A stretch of 64,000 nt of DNA from IMG/VR virus record IMGVR_UViG_3300045988_166195, positions 32,001 to 96,000 of that record; one strand, given 5' to 3'. The number at the start of each line of letters is the position of its first letter. The first letter of the stretch is position 1. The translations under genes and the position numbers were made by a program. Of the stretch, positions 18,201 through 26,074 are shown piece by piece. The stretch comes from a virus. The notes under the pieces were generated by a model. The model was not told where the DNA came from. It saw only the letters and a list, made by a program, of their open reading frames with translations, and searched no databases.

Positions 18201-18512
18201 GCGCGTACAAGCCAGCCACAGTCTCAGCCTCAGCGTGGTGCTGTGGGTGCTCAGCGTCAGCAGGTTCGTCAGCCTCAGGCGCAGCCTCAGCAGCAGGCAC
18301 CGACGCAGACGCAGGCTCCAGCACAGACTCCTGCGCCGTCTCGACCGGCACCGTCCCGTGGTGGTAGTTCTCGCTCGCTGAGTGCGCCTCGTCAGGGCGC
18401 GTCGCAGATGCCTGTGAAGGGTAGCTCTCAGGGTGCATCGGGTAAGGCGGGCAAGGGCCTGAAAGGCGTGAAGCCTTCGGGTGGTTCTTCGATGCCGCCG
18501 ATGCCCTCGTGA
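15204..18512 (+). CDS. Large polytopic membrane protein (VirB6/ConG/TcpH-like) with a low-complexity Gly/Ser, then Gln/Pro/Ala-rich C-terminal tail
   Basis: N-terminal signal or TM segment AMSFVAAVLIAVFGLTMIGGSAYA. At least 6 further hydrophobic helices between aa 170-710. Tail GGLGSGSGRGGASSG ... QPQSQPQRGAVGAQRQQVRQPQAQPQQQAPTQTQAPAQTPAPSRP. A more likely start is ATG 15240 (MLTSRV) after AAAGGAGAG. The 456-aa antisense ORF is a shadow. Confidence 0.5.
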   Translation: MNKNHEKKGESLMLTSRVRAVRGFTRAMSFVAAVLIAVFGLTMIGGSAYADKDKAEKYDFYTLSSNVTAYFSDATKPGEGDGLSADEGWTTIAQNASEGGNLLGYGDDDVSSFSGWLVSKATGSSNTVGYDSLKVRDNDSSSANSAYSGVLAYAQYGSLLNALGLDSTSTGLGLHFQNMAFGSIMALLYLLAGGIDTIFSAVIWLLETLNPFKLFFSAISASSTAMANGMTGGQGVPVWMQSLDTWFSGWYQALVNLSWTVLIPLFLFVFIISSLMWKKGNALGGLKKLVIRVLFLGVGLPLIGSMYTASLGVMKDATAGAGMGATRVVISTFVDFENWAKKDRLAVPDNATLQWDSSKQAPTGASVNKLRQTTVAINKLANSGAFSSVSDIDVSGLGSISTEAAKADTTSSGGLKDFTYVAAMEMLLRYTTAQSYQASDFDTAIKGRISQQASSGQEQVKSCATTWFNVQADGSTKADGKGCSATKASDNPVLKVREGSGLQASGESGTITFTTSGDKYAGDWVMLGENFNGANLSALSMYNYLNTTFDKNSATTYSSSNAVSSATREYHNSVNLVGSAGVSWLYWVNGAVTLLCFIVLGLGYAFGMFTGAIKNSMHIITAVPFATLGSMAGIAKVVIYTFTMITEIIATMFIYRLVQEIILSIPSIFEGGLEHMFNSMGGFGVYLKNSGNVTLFTSLVSTVLLILLTWKMMHFRGAFVKGLNEAVTKIVDKFLDTNVAPPAGGGKLMPALAGGVGAGVGSAAANRLMSGRGGLGSGSGRGGASSGLMAGSGGIQDGNGGVSGMGGGSMLSINGTDGPGPDEIGPGASGGDPNAPGGSGGGLLLSDGSGGVNVDNSTSNDNSSALMTSESDRQLASEVDARGGLSEPAQLEAGPQADAAASSKVANNADDAMSETAGSIQSTMDAHNKADKARVDQATSGVKAVWHGGKAAAKAYSGDVAGAAQDGQKALGDVQSAQTKGQEAKAHRQSAEAPRPVQPARTSQPQSQPQRGAVGAQRQQVRQPQAQPQQQAPTQTQAPAQTPAPSRPAPSRGGSSRSLSAPRQGASQMPVKGSSQGASGKAGKGLKGVKPSGGSSMPPMPS

Positions 18513-18553
18513 GCCCATGGTGACTGTGTGAGAGTGTTCATGTGACACTCATG

Positions 18554-18598
18554 ACGCCCTCGATTATGCTGGATCTCCAGTGTGATCGAGGGCGTTTC
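18554..18598 (+). terminator. Hairpin terminator
   Basis: ACGCCCTCGAT-tatgctggatctccagtgtg-ATCGAGGGCGT, an 11-bp stem followed by TTCACTTGCT. A second short inverted repeat GAGTGT-tcatgtg-ACACTC lies just upstream. Confidence 0.45.
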
Positions 18599-18718
18599 AC
18601 TTGCTCGATGCACGTGGGTTGTGTAGTATGTATCTAGGTCATGAGTGTAGGCATCTGACAACCCGCCGGGCTCTGGCCAGATGCACATGTCAGCTATTTT
18701 CAAACGAAAGGAGAGATC

Positions 18719-19123
18719 ATGTCTCTCGATATTCTCGCTACTCAGACGATCGATGTCCTCAACGCCCAGGCGAATCGTGCACTCTTCGCGATCGCGGATA
18801 ACCCGCTTGTTGCGGACTGGGATCTGAAGAGCTTCCTCGTCAATGCGACGACCTACATCAAGTTCATTGGTGGTCTGGTCATCGTGCTGCTCGGTACGGC
18901 TGCGGTCGTGTGGGGCGCTTACAAGTTCTTCAGCAAGTTGTTTGGTGGCCAGTCGGCCGCTCAGACTTCTTGGGTGACTGTCGCGCTGCTCATCATTATC
19001 GGTGGTGCAGCGATGGCCGGTGGTGGCTCTCTCGTCTTCGGTATTGCCGAGGGTGGTAAGACCACGATTGAGGATCTCGGCGGAGGCACGATTCTGCCGT
19101 ATCTTCTGACCATGTGGCCGTGA
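18719..19123 (+). CDS. Small membrane protein with two TM helices and Gly-rich helices (VirB2/pilin-like or TcpD-like position)
   Basis: AGGAGAG Shine-Dalgarno (aaaggagagatcATG). Helices FIGGLVIVLLGTAAVVWGAY and VTVALLIIIGGAAMAGGGSLVFGI. Confidence 0.45.
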   Translation: MSLDILATQTIDVLNAQANRALFAIADNPLVADWDLKSFLVNATTYIKFIGGLVIVLLGTAAVVWGAYKFFSKLFGGQSAAQTSWVTVALLIIIGGAAMAGGGSLVFGIAEGGKTTIEDLGGGTILPYLLTMWP

Positions 19124-19161
19124 TAGGTTAACAGCGCAACGATGGTCAAAAGGTCACTGTG

Positions 19162-19195
19162 ACAGCCGGGGCCGGTTCATCCGGCTCCGGCTGTT
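19162..19195 (+). terminator. Imperfect GC-rich hairpin after the small membrane-protein gene
   Basis: ACAGCCGGGGCCGG-ttcat-CCGGCTCCGGCTGT. Confidence 0.4.
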
Positions 19196-19253
19196 GCTAT
19201 CCACACGCACTCCCAGATTAAAAACATAGAACACGAATCGAAAGGATCACAAT

Positions 19254-20702
19254 ATGGCATGGGGTAAAGGTAAAAAGAACGGTGAGAATCAGAATGTATC
19301 TGTGGATGACGTTCGTGATGATGCCGCTGTAGACACTGTAGTGGCTGACGATACCTCGTCTAGTTTCGCTGCGAAGTTTAAGGCATTCCAGACCCGCTTC
19401 AAGTTTGATTCGCACCACGCGATGGAGCGATTTGGTGTCGCTGTGGCTGTTTTCAGTCTGACGGGCGCAGCACTGTTGACTGGTGCAGGTGTGTCGTCGT
19501 ACACGAATGCCCAGGAACAGCTCAGCGCGACGGCGATGTACACGCAGAGTTTTACGACCTCTCGCACGCAGGCAACCGGTCGCGTGATGGGTGTGTACAC
19601 GGATCCGTCTAAGACTCGCACAATGGTGCTTCTCAATGCTCGTGACGAGGCACGTCTTCCCGCGAACGCGGATGACTACCAGGTGTTCCTGACGGGCACC
19701 GATCGCGAGCTCCATCAGCACTCGTTGAAGGGTAAGTCGATCACGGCTCGTTACGTGACGTTCGGTAACAACGCCAAGTACATGGCGGTTGTCCTGGATA
19801 ATCCGAACGGCTTCGATCTTCAGATCCTTGATATGACGATCCGTATCAACCGAGAGATCTCCTACAAGGAGGGCGAGGGTGCTGCCAGTGAGCCCCAGTC
19901 CGGTGGATCGTCTTCGTCGAAGACTGACCCTAACGCAGGCGATAAGTCTTTCCAGCAGTACGATCAGATGCGTATTGCTTTCAACCCTGTGGCATCGGGA
20001 TCTGTCAGCATGAACCTTGGAACGGCTGGCACTGAGTTCAACGCAGGCGATGTCTACCACGAGGCTGTGACTCGTGATGCCGAGCAGAAGTTGCGTGATC
20101 AGATGGATGGCCAGTTGCTTCAGATGAAGGCCGATTTGGCGAAGATCGACCAGTACACCTCGCAGATTTCTACAACCTCTGTGAACGATCGTGGCACGAT
20201 GCTTCAGCTCAATGAGCCTGTCGTTCCCGATGTCATCGCAGGCGATCAGGTGACCGGTCAGGATGCGAAGAGCAGCAAGACCGGTGAGTCGACGCTGTTC
20301 CTGTCGTCCAAGACTGTGGTACCTGGTGGTTACGACTTCGATTGGCGACACGGCACCGTGAACGAGGGTTACCTCGATCAGGTTGTGCCTAAGGGCATGA
20401 GCTACGTGGACTTCATGAAGTCTCAGGCTGCGTTGTCGACTGGTTCGCCGGATTGGCAGAAGGTTGAGTTCACTCTGACCAACGGTACGCCGTTGACTGC
20501 GTACACGAACCGTGACACGTTCGTGAAGCCGTTGCTGGATCTGCGTAGCAACCTCATCACGTCGTGGCAGACCTATTACGACCACAAGAAGGCGTACCAG
20601 GTCACGTCCTACAACGATCTGCTTAATCTGGAGATCGAGCTGCGTAATGTGCGAACGAACACAGTGCAGAATACAAATGCCAATGTGTTGACGTTGTACT
20701 GA
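19254..20702 (+). CDS. Bitopic membrane protein with a large extracytoplasmic domain (ConB/TcpC/VirB8-like position)
   Basis: AGGA Shine-Dalgarno (cgaaaggatcacaatATG). A single TM (VAVAVFSLTGAALLTGAGV) follows a charged N-terminus. The rest is about 400 aa and Ser/Thr/Asn-rich. Its stop overlaps the start of the hydrolase gene (ACTGAGTG). The 598-aa antisense ORF is a shadow. Confidence 0.45.
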   Translation: MAWGKGKKNGENQNVSVDDVRDDAAVDTVVADDTSSSFAAKFKAFQTRFKFDSHHAMERFGVAVAVFSLTGAALLTGAGVSSYTNAQEQLSATAMYTQSFTTSRTQATGRVMGVYTDPSKTRTMVLLNARDEARLPANADDYQVFLTGTDRELHQHSLKGKSITARYVTFGNNAKYMAVVLDNPNGFDLQILDMTIRINREISYKEGEGAASEPQSGGSSSSKTDPNAGDKSFQQYDQMRIAFNPVASGSVSMNLGTAGTEFNAGDVYHEAVTRDAEQKLRDQMDGQLLQMKADLAKIDQYTSQISTTSVNDRGTMLQLNEPVVPDVIAGDQVTGQDAKSSKTGESTLFLSSKTVVPGGYDFDWRHGTVNEGYLDQVVPKGMSYVDFMKSQAALSTGSPDWQKVEFTLTNGTPLTAYTNRDTFVKPLLDLRSNLITSWQTYYDHKKAYQVTSYNDLLNLEIELRNVRTNTVQNTNANVLTLY

Positions 20703-22640
20703 GTGTGGGACGGGACGAAAGAACGGATAAGAGCTCGAATGAACGAAAAGGAGATAGGTATGAAACCAGAGGGGATTGAAAAGCTCCCTCAGAGTCAAGA
20801 TGCCGGTATTGAACCGTCTGCTCAGCCCAATGAGCCTGTGGACACGGGAACTGACACAGGAGCGAACGGCACCGATGTGATGGGTTCTGGTGGCGCTGAG
20901 CCCGGTGGCGGCGGTTTGCTGGGTGACGGTATCCAGGGAGGCCAGAACAAGAGTGGCGCGAGTAAGGCTGCGACCGGAGCTGCTGCTGGAGCAGCGGCTC
21001 CTGCTGCGGCGCAAGCCGCTGCGCTGACTGTGTTTCTCAATTGGCTCAAGACGGTGATGATGTCGATCATGGCAGCGGCTCAGTCACTGTGGTCTGCGAT
21101 CACAGGTGCTGTTGTTGCAGCAGCAAAGGCTGTCGTTGGTTTCTTCACAGGAGCCGGTGCAGCTGTTGCCAGCGCACTAGGTGGAGCTGTGTCGGCGGCG
21201 ACCGCGACTGTTGCAACGGTTGTGGCAACGGCTGTTGGCGCGGGTGCTGTTATTGCTGGTGGCGCGGTTGCGTTGCGTGATGGCGACATGGCTGCTCGCA
21301 GCGATGGGTTGCTAGAGCCATGCACTGTGGCTGTTGAAAACGCAGCAAAGGCAGCAGACGGCGCTGTTGGTGATGTATCTGCCAAGACCGAAGAGAATGC
21401 CAAGACTGTGTACTCTGTGCTCTCTGCCTGGGGTATGTCGGATGAGAACATTGCTGGTGTTCTGGGCAACTGGTCGCACGAGTCGGGTATCGATCCAACC
21501 AGTGTGGAGACGATCTTTGACGAGAAGTTCACGATTGGTCCTCGTAAGCAAGACGCTGAGGCCAAGGGCTTCAAGATTGCACAGGTGGATCCTGCGTATT
21601 CGGCACGTTTCCCTGCGATCGATCTCATGGGTATTGGTCTGGGTCAGTGGACAAACGGTCGTAACGCGCTGCTCACCGAGTACGCACAATCGATCGGTAA
21701 GCCGTGGTCGACGCTGGAAACCCAGCTCGGCTTCATGATTTCAAAGGACGATCCGGCTCGCGTGGCTCAGGTGAAGGCTCTGATCGACAACTCCGAGGGT
21801 GGTAGTGTCTCTGCGTCGACCTCGTACTTCCTCACCAAGTGGGAGGGCATCAACGATGGTACGCTCGGCTCTCGCGAGAGCGCTGCTGGTACCTGGTTTG
21901 CCAAGATGGGCGGCTGGGAGAAGAACAAGTCTCTCGCTGATTCGATTTTGGCTCAGTCGGGTAGTGCTGTGACTGGTGCGAACAGTAGCTCCGTGGCTGC
22001 TGCTGCCAGCAAGTGCAAGTCGCACGGTGGCAAGGTGGATAACTCCACGATGGTCAAGGCTGCGATCTCTTACGCATGGCCGTACAACGACGATGGTAAG
22101 GGTAACGACGGTACTGACATCTACAAGTACCTCCACAAGGAGGTGCTCGGTGAGTCGGATAACTACTTCGCCTCGTGCGACCGTACTGTTGCCACCGCTG
22201 TTCGCTGGTCTGGTACTGACGATACGTATCCTGCTGGTGGCGTGTCCAACCAGCTAGAGTATCTTCAGGGCCAGGGTGGCTCGAAGTGGACCAAGATCGA
22301 TTACAACGGCGATAAGTCCAAGCTTCAGCCCGGTGACATCCTCCTGCGTACGACCGGCGGTGTGTCGCACACGGTCATGTATGTGGGCGAAGACTCTGTG
22401 AAGGAGGTCTGGGGCGAGGGTAACTACGAGCCTCAGGGTGAGATTGTCTCGGGTTCGCTCAACGATCGTGCTCCGACAGTGGGCCAGTTCTACACCGGTT
22501 CGACCGGTCTCGATACGGACTATGTCGCGTATCGAAACACCACGAAGGAGTCTTCCTCGAAGTTTGCATCGGTGACGGTTCCGTCCACGATGCAAAAGGG
22601 TCAGGGCGATAAGAACTCTCGTCTGACCCCTGGTCCGTGA
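20703..22640 (+). CDS. CwlT/TcpG-like bifunctional cell-wall hydrolase: Ala-rich membrane segment, phage-tail-lysozyme-like muramidase domain, and C-terminal NlpC/P60 (CHAP-like) peptidase
   Basis: Muramidase-like block: VLGNWSHESGIDPTSVETIFDE ... LMGIGLGQWTNGRNALLTEYA. Peptidase: catalytic Cys context YFASCDRTVATAV and His context GGVSHTVMYVGED. The hydrophobic Ala-rich region (aa 85-160) probably anchors it. The real start is probably ATG 20760 (MKPEG...) after AAAGGAGATAGG. Confidence 0.7.
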   Translation: MWDGTKERIRARMNEKEIGMKPEGIEKLPQSQDAGIEPSAQPNEPVDTGTDTGANGTDVMGSGGAEPGGGGLLGDGIQGGQNKSGASKAATGAAAGAAAPAAAQAAALTVFLNWLKTVMMSIMAAAQSLWSAITGAVVAAAKAVVGFFTGAGAAVASALGGAVSAATATVATVVATAVGAGAVIAGGAVALRDGDMAARSDGLLEPCTVAVENAAKAADGAVGDVSAKTEENAKTVYSVLSAWGMSDENIAGVLGNWSHESGIDPTSVETIFDEKFTIGPRKQDAEAKGFKIAQVDPAYSARFPAIDLMGIGLGQWTNGRNALLTEYAQSIGKPWSTLETQLGFMISKDDPARVAQVKALIDNSEGGSVSASTSYFLTKWEGINDGTLGSRESAAGTWFAKMGGWEKNKSLADSILAQSGSAVTGANSSSVAAAASKCKSHGGKVDNSTMVKAAISYAWPYNDDGKGNDGTDIYKYLHKEVLGESDNYFASCDRTVATAVRWSGTDDTYPAGGVSNQLEYLQGQGGSKWTKIDYNGDKSKLQPGDILLRTTGGVSHTVMYVGEDSVKEVWGEGNYEPQGEIVSGSLNDRAPTVGQFYTGSTGLDTDYVAYRNTTKESSSKFASVTVPSTMQKGQGDKNSRLTPGP

Positions 22641-22660
22641 TCATGTAGCATCACTCATGG

Positions 22661-22697
22661 CACCCCGTACTGGATGATTGCATCTGGTACGGGGTGT
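22661..22697 (+). terminator. Rho-independent terminator
   Basis: CACCCCGTAC-tggatgattgcatctg-GTACGGGGTG, then TTGTGGTATGATTGATTATGTTG (T-rich). Confidence 0.5.
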
Positions 22698-22765
22698 TGT
22701 GGTATGATTGATTATGTTGATACACGAGTGAAATCACGTCAGTGGAAAAGAGATAGAGAAAGGGA

Positions 22766-23545
22766 GTGATGACCATGGCAGATCGAATGAGCAAGCTCAG
22801 TGAATGGGCGAAGACACCAACGCCGAAAACGCATTGGAAGAGTGGTCAGGAATTGGCCGATGAGCTCGAACGTAAGAGGGCTCAGCGCGCCGAGAAGAAG
22901 GCTCACGACGACGGTGACGGTAAGAAGCGTCGTATCGATCTGAAGATCGCAGCAGGTCTGGGCCTGGCTGCAATGGGAATCGGCATTGCGATTGTTGGTA
23001 CTCAGAGTGCTCCGATCGATCGAAGCGCTGAGATCCAAACGTTGACTGCGCAGGTTGCCCAAGCTCAGCAGGCATCCGAGGTTGTGCCCGATGTCGAGGG
23101 TGCGAAGGCGGCTGTGAATTCTCTCCAGGAGAAGAGCCAGCAGGTGGCTGATCTCCAGAACGAATACCGTGGATGGTCGACGAGCACCTCGGACGCAGAT
23201 GCGCAGCGTGTGGCTGATCTACATGCTCGGCTTGCCGAGTTTGTACCTGATGGTGCTGCTGTGCGTTGGTACGCGCCACTGGCAAAAGACGCCTCGGGTC
23301 AGACGAGTGCCTTGCCCGCTGATCAGTACGAATGGGAATCGGTTGTCACGTACGGCGTGACAGACACGTCGGCACTGCCGATTGCATGGCTGTGCAAGAG
23401 TTCTGACGGCACGCTGTTGGCGTGGACGACGGCTACGTATGATGCTGCCTCGGGTACGTTCTCCGGTGTCCACACCGGAGTGACGACCGCTGGTGCGCGT
23501 TTGCTTGTCAGCGATGACACTGCTCATGAGAACGGAGTTGGTTGA
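22766..23545 (+). CDS. Bitopic membrane protein with a coiled-coil/Gln-rich ectodomain (T4SS accessory, VirB8/VirB10-like candidate)
   Basis: GGGAG Shine-Dalgarno (agaaagggagtgatgaccATG). TM helix AAGLGLAAMGIGIAIVG follows a charged N-terminus. Composition is Q/A-rich (TLTAQVAQAQQASEVV). Confidence 0.45.
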   Translation: MMTMADRMSKLSEWAKTPTPKTHWKSGQELADELERKRAQRAEKKAHDDGDGKKRRIDLKIAAGLGLAAMGIGIAIVGTQSAPIDRSAEIQTLTAQVAQAQQASEVVPDVEGAKAAVNSLQEKSQQVADLQNEYRGWSTSTSDADAQRVADLHARLAEFVPDGAAVRWYAPLAKDASGQTSALPADQYEWESVVTYGVTDTSALPIAWLCKSSDGTLLAWTTATYDAASGTFSGVHTGVTTAGARLLVSDDTAHENGVG

Positions 23546-23546
23546 G

Positions 23547-24212
23547 ATGCAAGAGAACAAGAAGACGCCTGTTATTGCACGGTTCGGTGCGCTGATCGCA
23601 GGAAGCGCGATCCTCCTGGGTGGTGTCGGTGTTGCGGCAACGCACAGTGACCATGTGGCCGATGAGAATGCTCGCAACGAGGCTCAGGTGCAGCAGCTGC
23701 AATCGCAGCTCTCGTCGCTGGAAACGTCGACGACGAACAACCAAGAGGTTGTTTCGTCTGAGGCAACGGGTATGTCCCCGGCGCGTAAGCACAGCGATGA
23801 CGAGAATATGAAGGCGATCATGAAGCAGGCGCTGACGTGGTCGAATGGCAACGAGTACATCTCTGCGCGACAGGCTCTCATTGATCGTTGGCATCTGGAT
23901 GAGACCTCTCAGTTCCTCACGGTGTTCATGCCGGGGGAAGACGCTGGTGCATGGCGTACAGACTCGTCTGGAAAGACGTACTTCGCCTATGAGGGCGCAA
24001 ACTCGTCTCTCGACAGTTTCACGACCTCTGTGACAGACGTTGACGGCACGAAGTATACGTACTTTGCTGTCGTCGGTATCACGACCACAAGCACCGATGG
24101 CAAGGCGACGAGCACGTCGTACTCCACGATGCGTTACACGCTTGATAGCGATGGTTCGATCTCGGACATCACCGGTTGGGCCGGTGCTCCGGGACGCGAT
24201 CGAACCTACTGA
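23547..24212 (+). CDS. Bitopic membrane or secreted protein
   Basis: The internal ATG (MQENKKTPVIARFGALIAGSAILLGGVGVAA...) follows GGAG (aacggagttggttgagATG). One TM, then a Q-rich segment and a Thr/Ser-rich C-terminal domain. Architecture is similar to 22766-23545. Confidence 0.4.
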   Translation: MQENKKTPVIARFGALIAGSAILLGGVGVAATHSDHVADENARNEAQVQQLQSQLSSLETSTTNNQEVVSSEATGMSPARKHSDDENMKAIMKQALTWSNGNEYISARQALIDRWHLDETSQFLTVFMPGEDAGAWRTDSSGKTYFAYEGANSSLDSFTTSVTDVDGTKYTYFAVVGITTTSTDGKATSTSYSTMRYTLDSDGSISDITGWAGAPGRDRTY

Positions 24213-24277
24213 GCGATGATGGGTGCGGTCCCACTCGTTCTTCCATTTTTTCACCAATAACCTGAAAGGAATCTGTT

Positions 24278-24757
24278 ATGAATCTGTCTTCTCTCATTAA
24301 CACTGCTCGCACGCCTATGACCCTTGATGAGAAGGGCTCGATTAAGCGCAGTGCTCGCATGGGCGTCTATGTTGTGGCGCGCGTTATCGGCTTTGTTTCG
24401 TGGGTTCTTGTGAGCCTATGGGTCATGCTGTGGGGTGCCCTGAAGGTCATCCCGAACATGGGTCGTCTTGTTCAAGATGGTCTTGGCGTGACGAGCGCGA
24501 ATGCCCCGAGTACGGAAGCTTTCATCGCGTACTGGGTTGCTCCTATGCTGCTCATTACGATCGTGATCTCGGCTGGTGTGATCTGGTTGTGCGCACTTGG
24601 CCATCGTGGCATGAACAAGGTGTTTGCAGCGATGCGCCGTTGGGTTGATCGCGCTGAGTTCGACACGAGCGCCAAGGCGCTTGACAAGATGTCTGAGAAG
24701 TTGTCTGAGACGTTGGAGCTGGCGAAGAAGGCAGAGAAGAAGTCGCGCCAGCGCTGA
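24278..24757 (+). CDS. Small membrane protein (two TM helices, basic C-terminal tail)
   Basis: AGGA Shine-Dalgarno (ctgaaaggaatctgttATG). Helices VYVVARVIGFVSWVLVSLWVMLWGAL and VAPMLLITIVISAGVIWLCAL. Confidence 0.45.
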   Translation: MNLSSLINTARTPMTLDEKGSIKRSARMGVYVVARVIGFVSWVLVSLWVMLWGALKVIPNMGRLVQDGLGVTSANAPSTEAFIAYWVAPMLLITIVISAGVIWLCALGHRGMNKVFAAMRRWVDRAEFDTSAKALDKMSEKLSETLELAKKAEKKSRQR

Positions 24758-24796
24758 TCGCGTTGGGGTATCCACCAAACAACAGAAAGAAGGAAC

Positions 24797-25945
24797 ATGA
24801 GTACAGTAACAGGCATGAAGCGCTCCAACCGTTGGGCGCGACATGCGCTATCGATGCGAGGCGTTGAGTCTCGCGAGGTCAAGGGTGAAGCTGACATCAA
24901 GGTGCTCGTTGACACCTTGTACTTCACCAACCACGGGGCCAGGTCGAACTACCGACCTGTCCTCCACGTCCGAGGTCGTCTTGTGGGACTTGTCCCCTAC
25001 GGATCGCCTGAGATCGCCTATGGCGTGACAGAGGTGGATTTCGATCAGATGGACGGCGGTGCGACAACCGTCGATGCATTCTACGAGTTCACCGACGAGC
25101 AGCTCGTGTCGCTGGTCGAAAAGGGTTTCTTCAACGAGGGCTTTGAGCCACCCAGCGATCTGCTCAACCAGGTGTGGATGCTTCCGGCTCACTATGAAGG
25201 TGTTGTTATCGCACCTCGTAACGAGAACGAAGCACCCCTGGCATTCCTCGATGTCGTCGATCGGGATGGCCTGGTTGTCGACGCTGTGACATCGGGTCTG
25301 GATCTGTCCGACTACTTCCCGGATTACCTCGCTCAGATCCGTGCTCGTGATCATGAGAACGAGAAGTCTGTCGATCATGCGCTGGAGCGCACGGATCACG
25401 TGAATGACATCTTCGCTGGGATGGAGTCTCAGTTCGATGACGAGGGTACCGATGGTCGCACCAACGAGGCCGAGGGCGCATCGATCGCTCAGGCTCTCAG
25501 CGGTGAGTCGACCGTGCTACCCGTCATGGACTCGCCTCTCTTCGATGCGCTCATGCGCAACGCTCAGGCCGCTCAGCAGGCGCAGGAGACTGAGCCGGAG
25601 ATTGAGGCTGAATCCGAGATCCAGTCCGCGCCTGATGTCGAGGCTCAGCCTGAGGTCGTTGACGACGTTGAGAGCCAGCGTGCAACCCTGACGACCGATG
25701 CTCTGGCGTCGACCTTCCGTGAGGTCGTGGCCGATGTCATCAACACCTCTGTGGCTCAGAACGCGCCTGAGATTCTGGCTCAGCCCGAGGTTGATTCGAT
25801 CGAGGATCTGCACGAGGCTGTCGCTGATGCTGAACGAGACACGGAGCGCAAGCGTCTGTCGGCTCGTGAGGCTGTGGAGGCGGCGGCACCGGTCGCAACG
25901 GCGGACGAGATTGATGCTGCTGATCTCGATGATCCAGAATTCTGA
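24797..25945 (+). CDS. Acidic hypothetical protein upstream of the relaxase, ending in ...DLDDPEF
   Basis: AAGGA Shine-Dalgarno (gaaagaaggaacATG). Very acidic C-terminal half (EPEIEAESEIQSAPDVEAQPEVVDDVES...). The terminal D-D-P-E-F is shared with 28542-29114. Confidence 0.5.
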   Translation: MSTVTGMKRSNRWARHALSMRGVESREVKGEADIKVLVDTLYFTNHGARSNYRPVLHVRGRLVGLVPYGSPEIAYGVTEVDFDQMDGGATTVDAFYEFTDEQLVSLVEKGFFNEGFEPPSDLLNQVWMLPAHYEGVVIAPRNENEAPLAFLDVVDRDGLVVDAVTSGLDLSDYFPDYLAQIRARDHENEKSVDHALERTDHVNDIFAGMESQFDDEGTDGRTNEAEGASIAQALSGESTVLPVMDSPLFDALMRNAQAAQQAQETEPEIEAESEIQSAPDVEAQPEVVDDVESQRATLTTDALASTFREVVADVINTSVAQNAPEILAQPEVDSIEDLHEAVADAERDTERKRLSAREAVEAAAPVATADEIDAADLDDPEF

Positions 25946-25966
25946 CATCATGAGCAGCAAGTAATG

Positions 25967-26000
25967 ACAGGGGCGGTGGGGCATACCTGCCGCCCCTGTC
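25967..26000 (+). terminator. Hairpin terminator
   Basis: GACAGGGGCGG-tggggcatacctg-CCGCCCCTGTC, an 11-bp perfect stem. Confidence 0.5.
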
Positions 26001-26074
26001 GGCACTGCACTGTATGTATTCAACGATCTTTATTTAAAAAATAGATGCGATTTGAAGTAACTTGAAAGAAAGGT

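Noticed and set aside
13132-18548. Minus-strand ORFs 13132-14004, 14254-15147, 15975-17345 and 17907-18548
   Set aside because: Antisense shadows of the two long plus-strand T4SS genes. They have extreme Arg/Leu/His content, for example RRHRRTTRRLHAFQ.
19218-21014. 598-aa minus-strand ORF
   Set aside because: Antisense to the 482-aa bitopic protein gene and the hydrolase gene. Arg-rich, with no ribosome-binding site.
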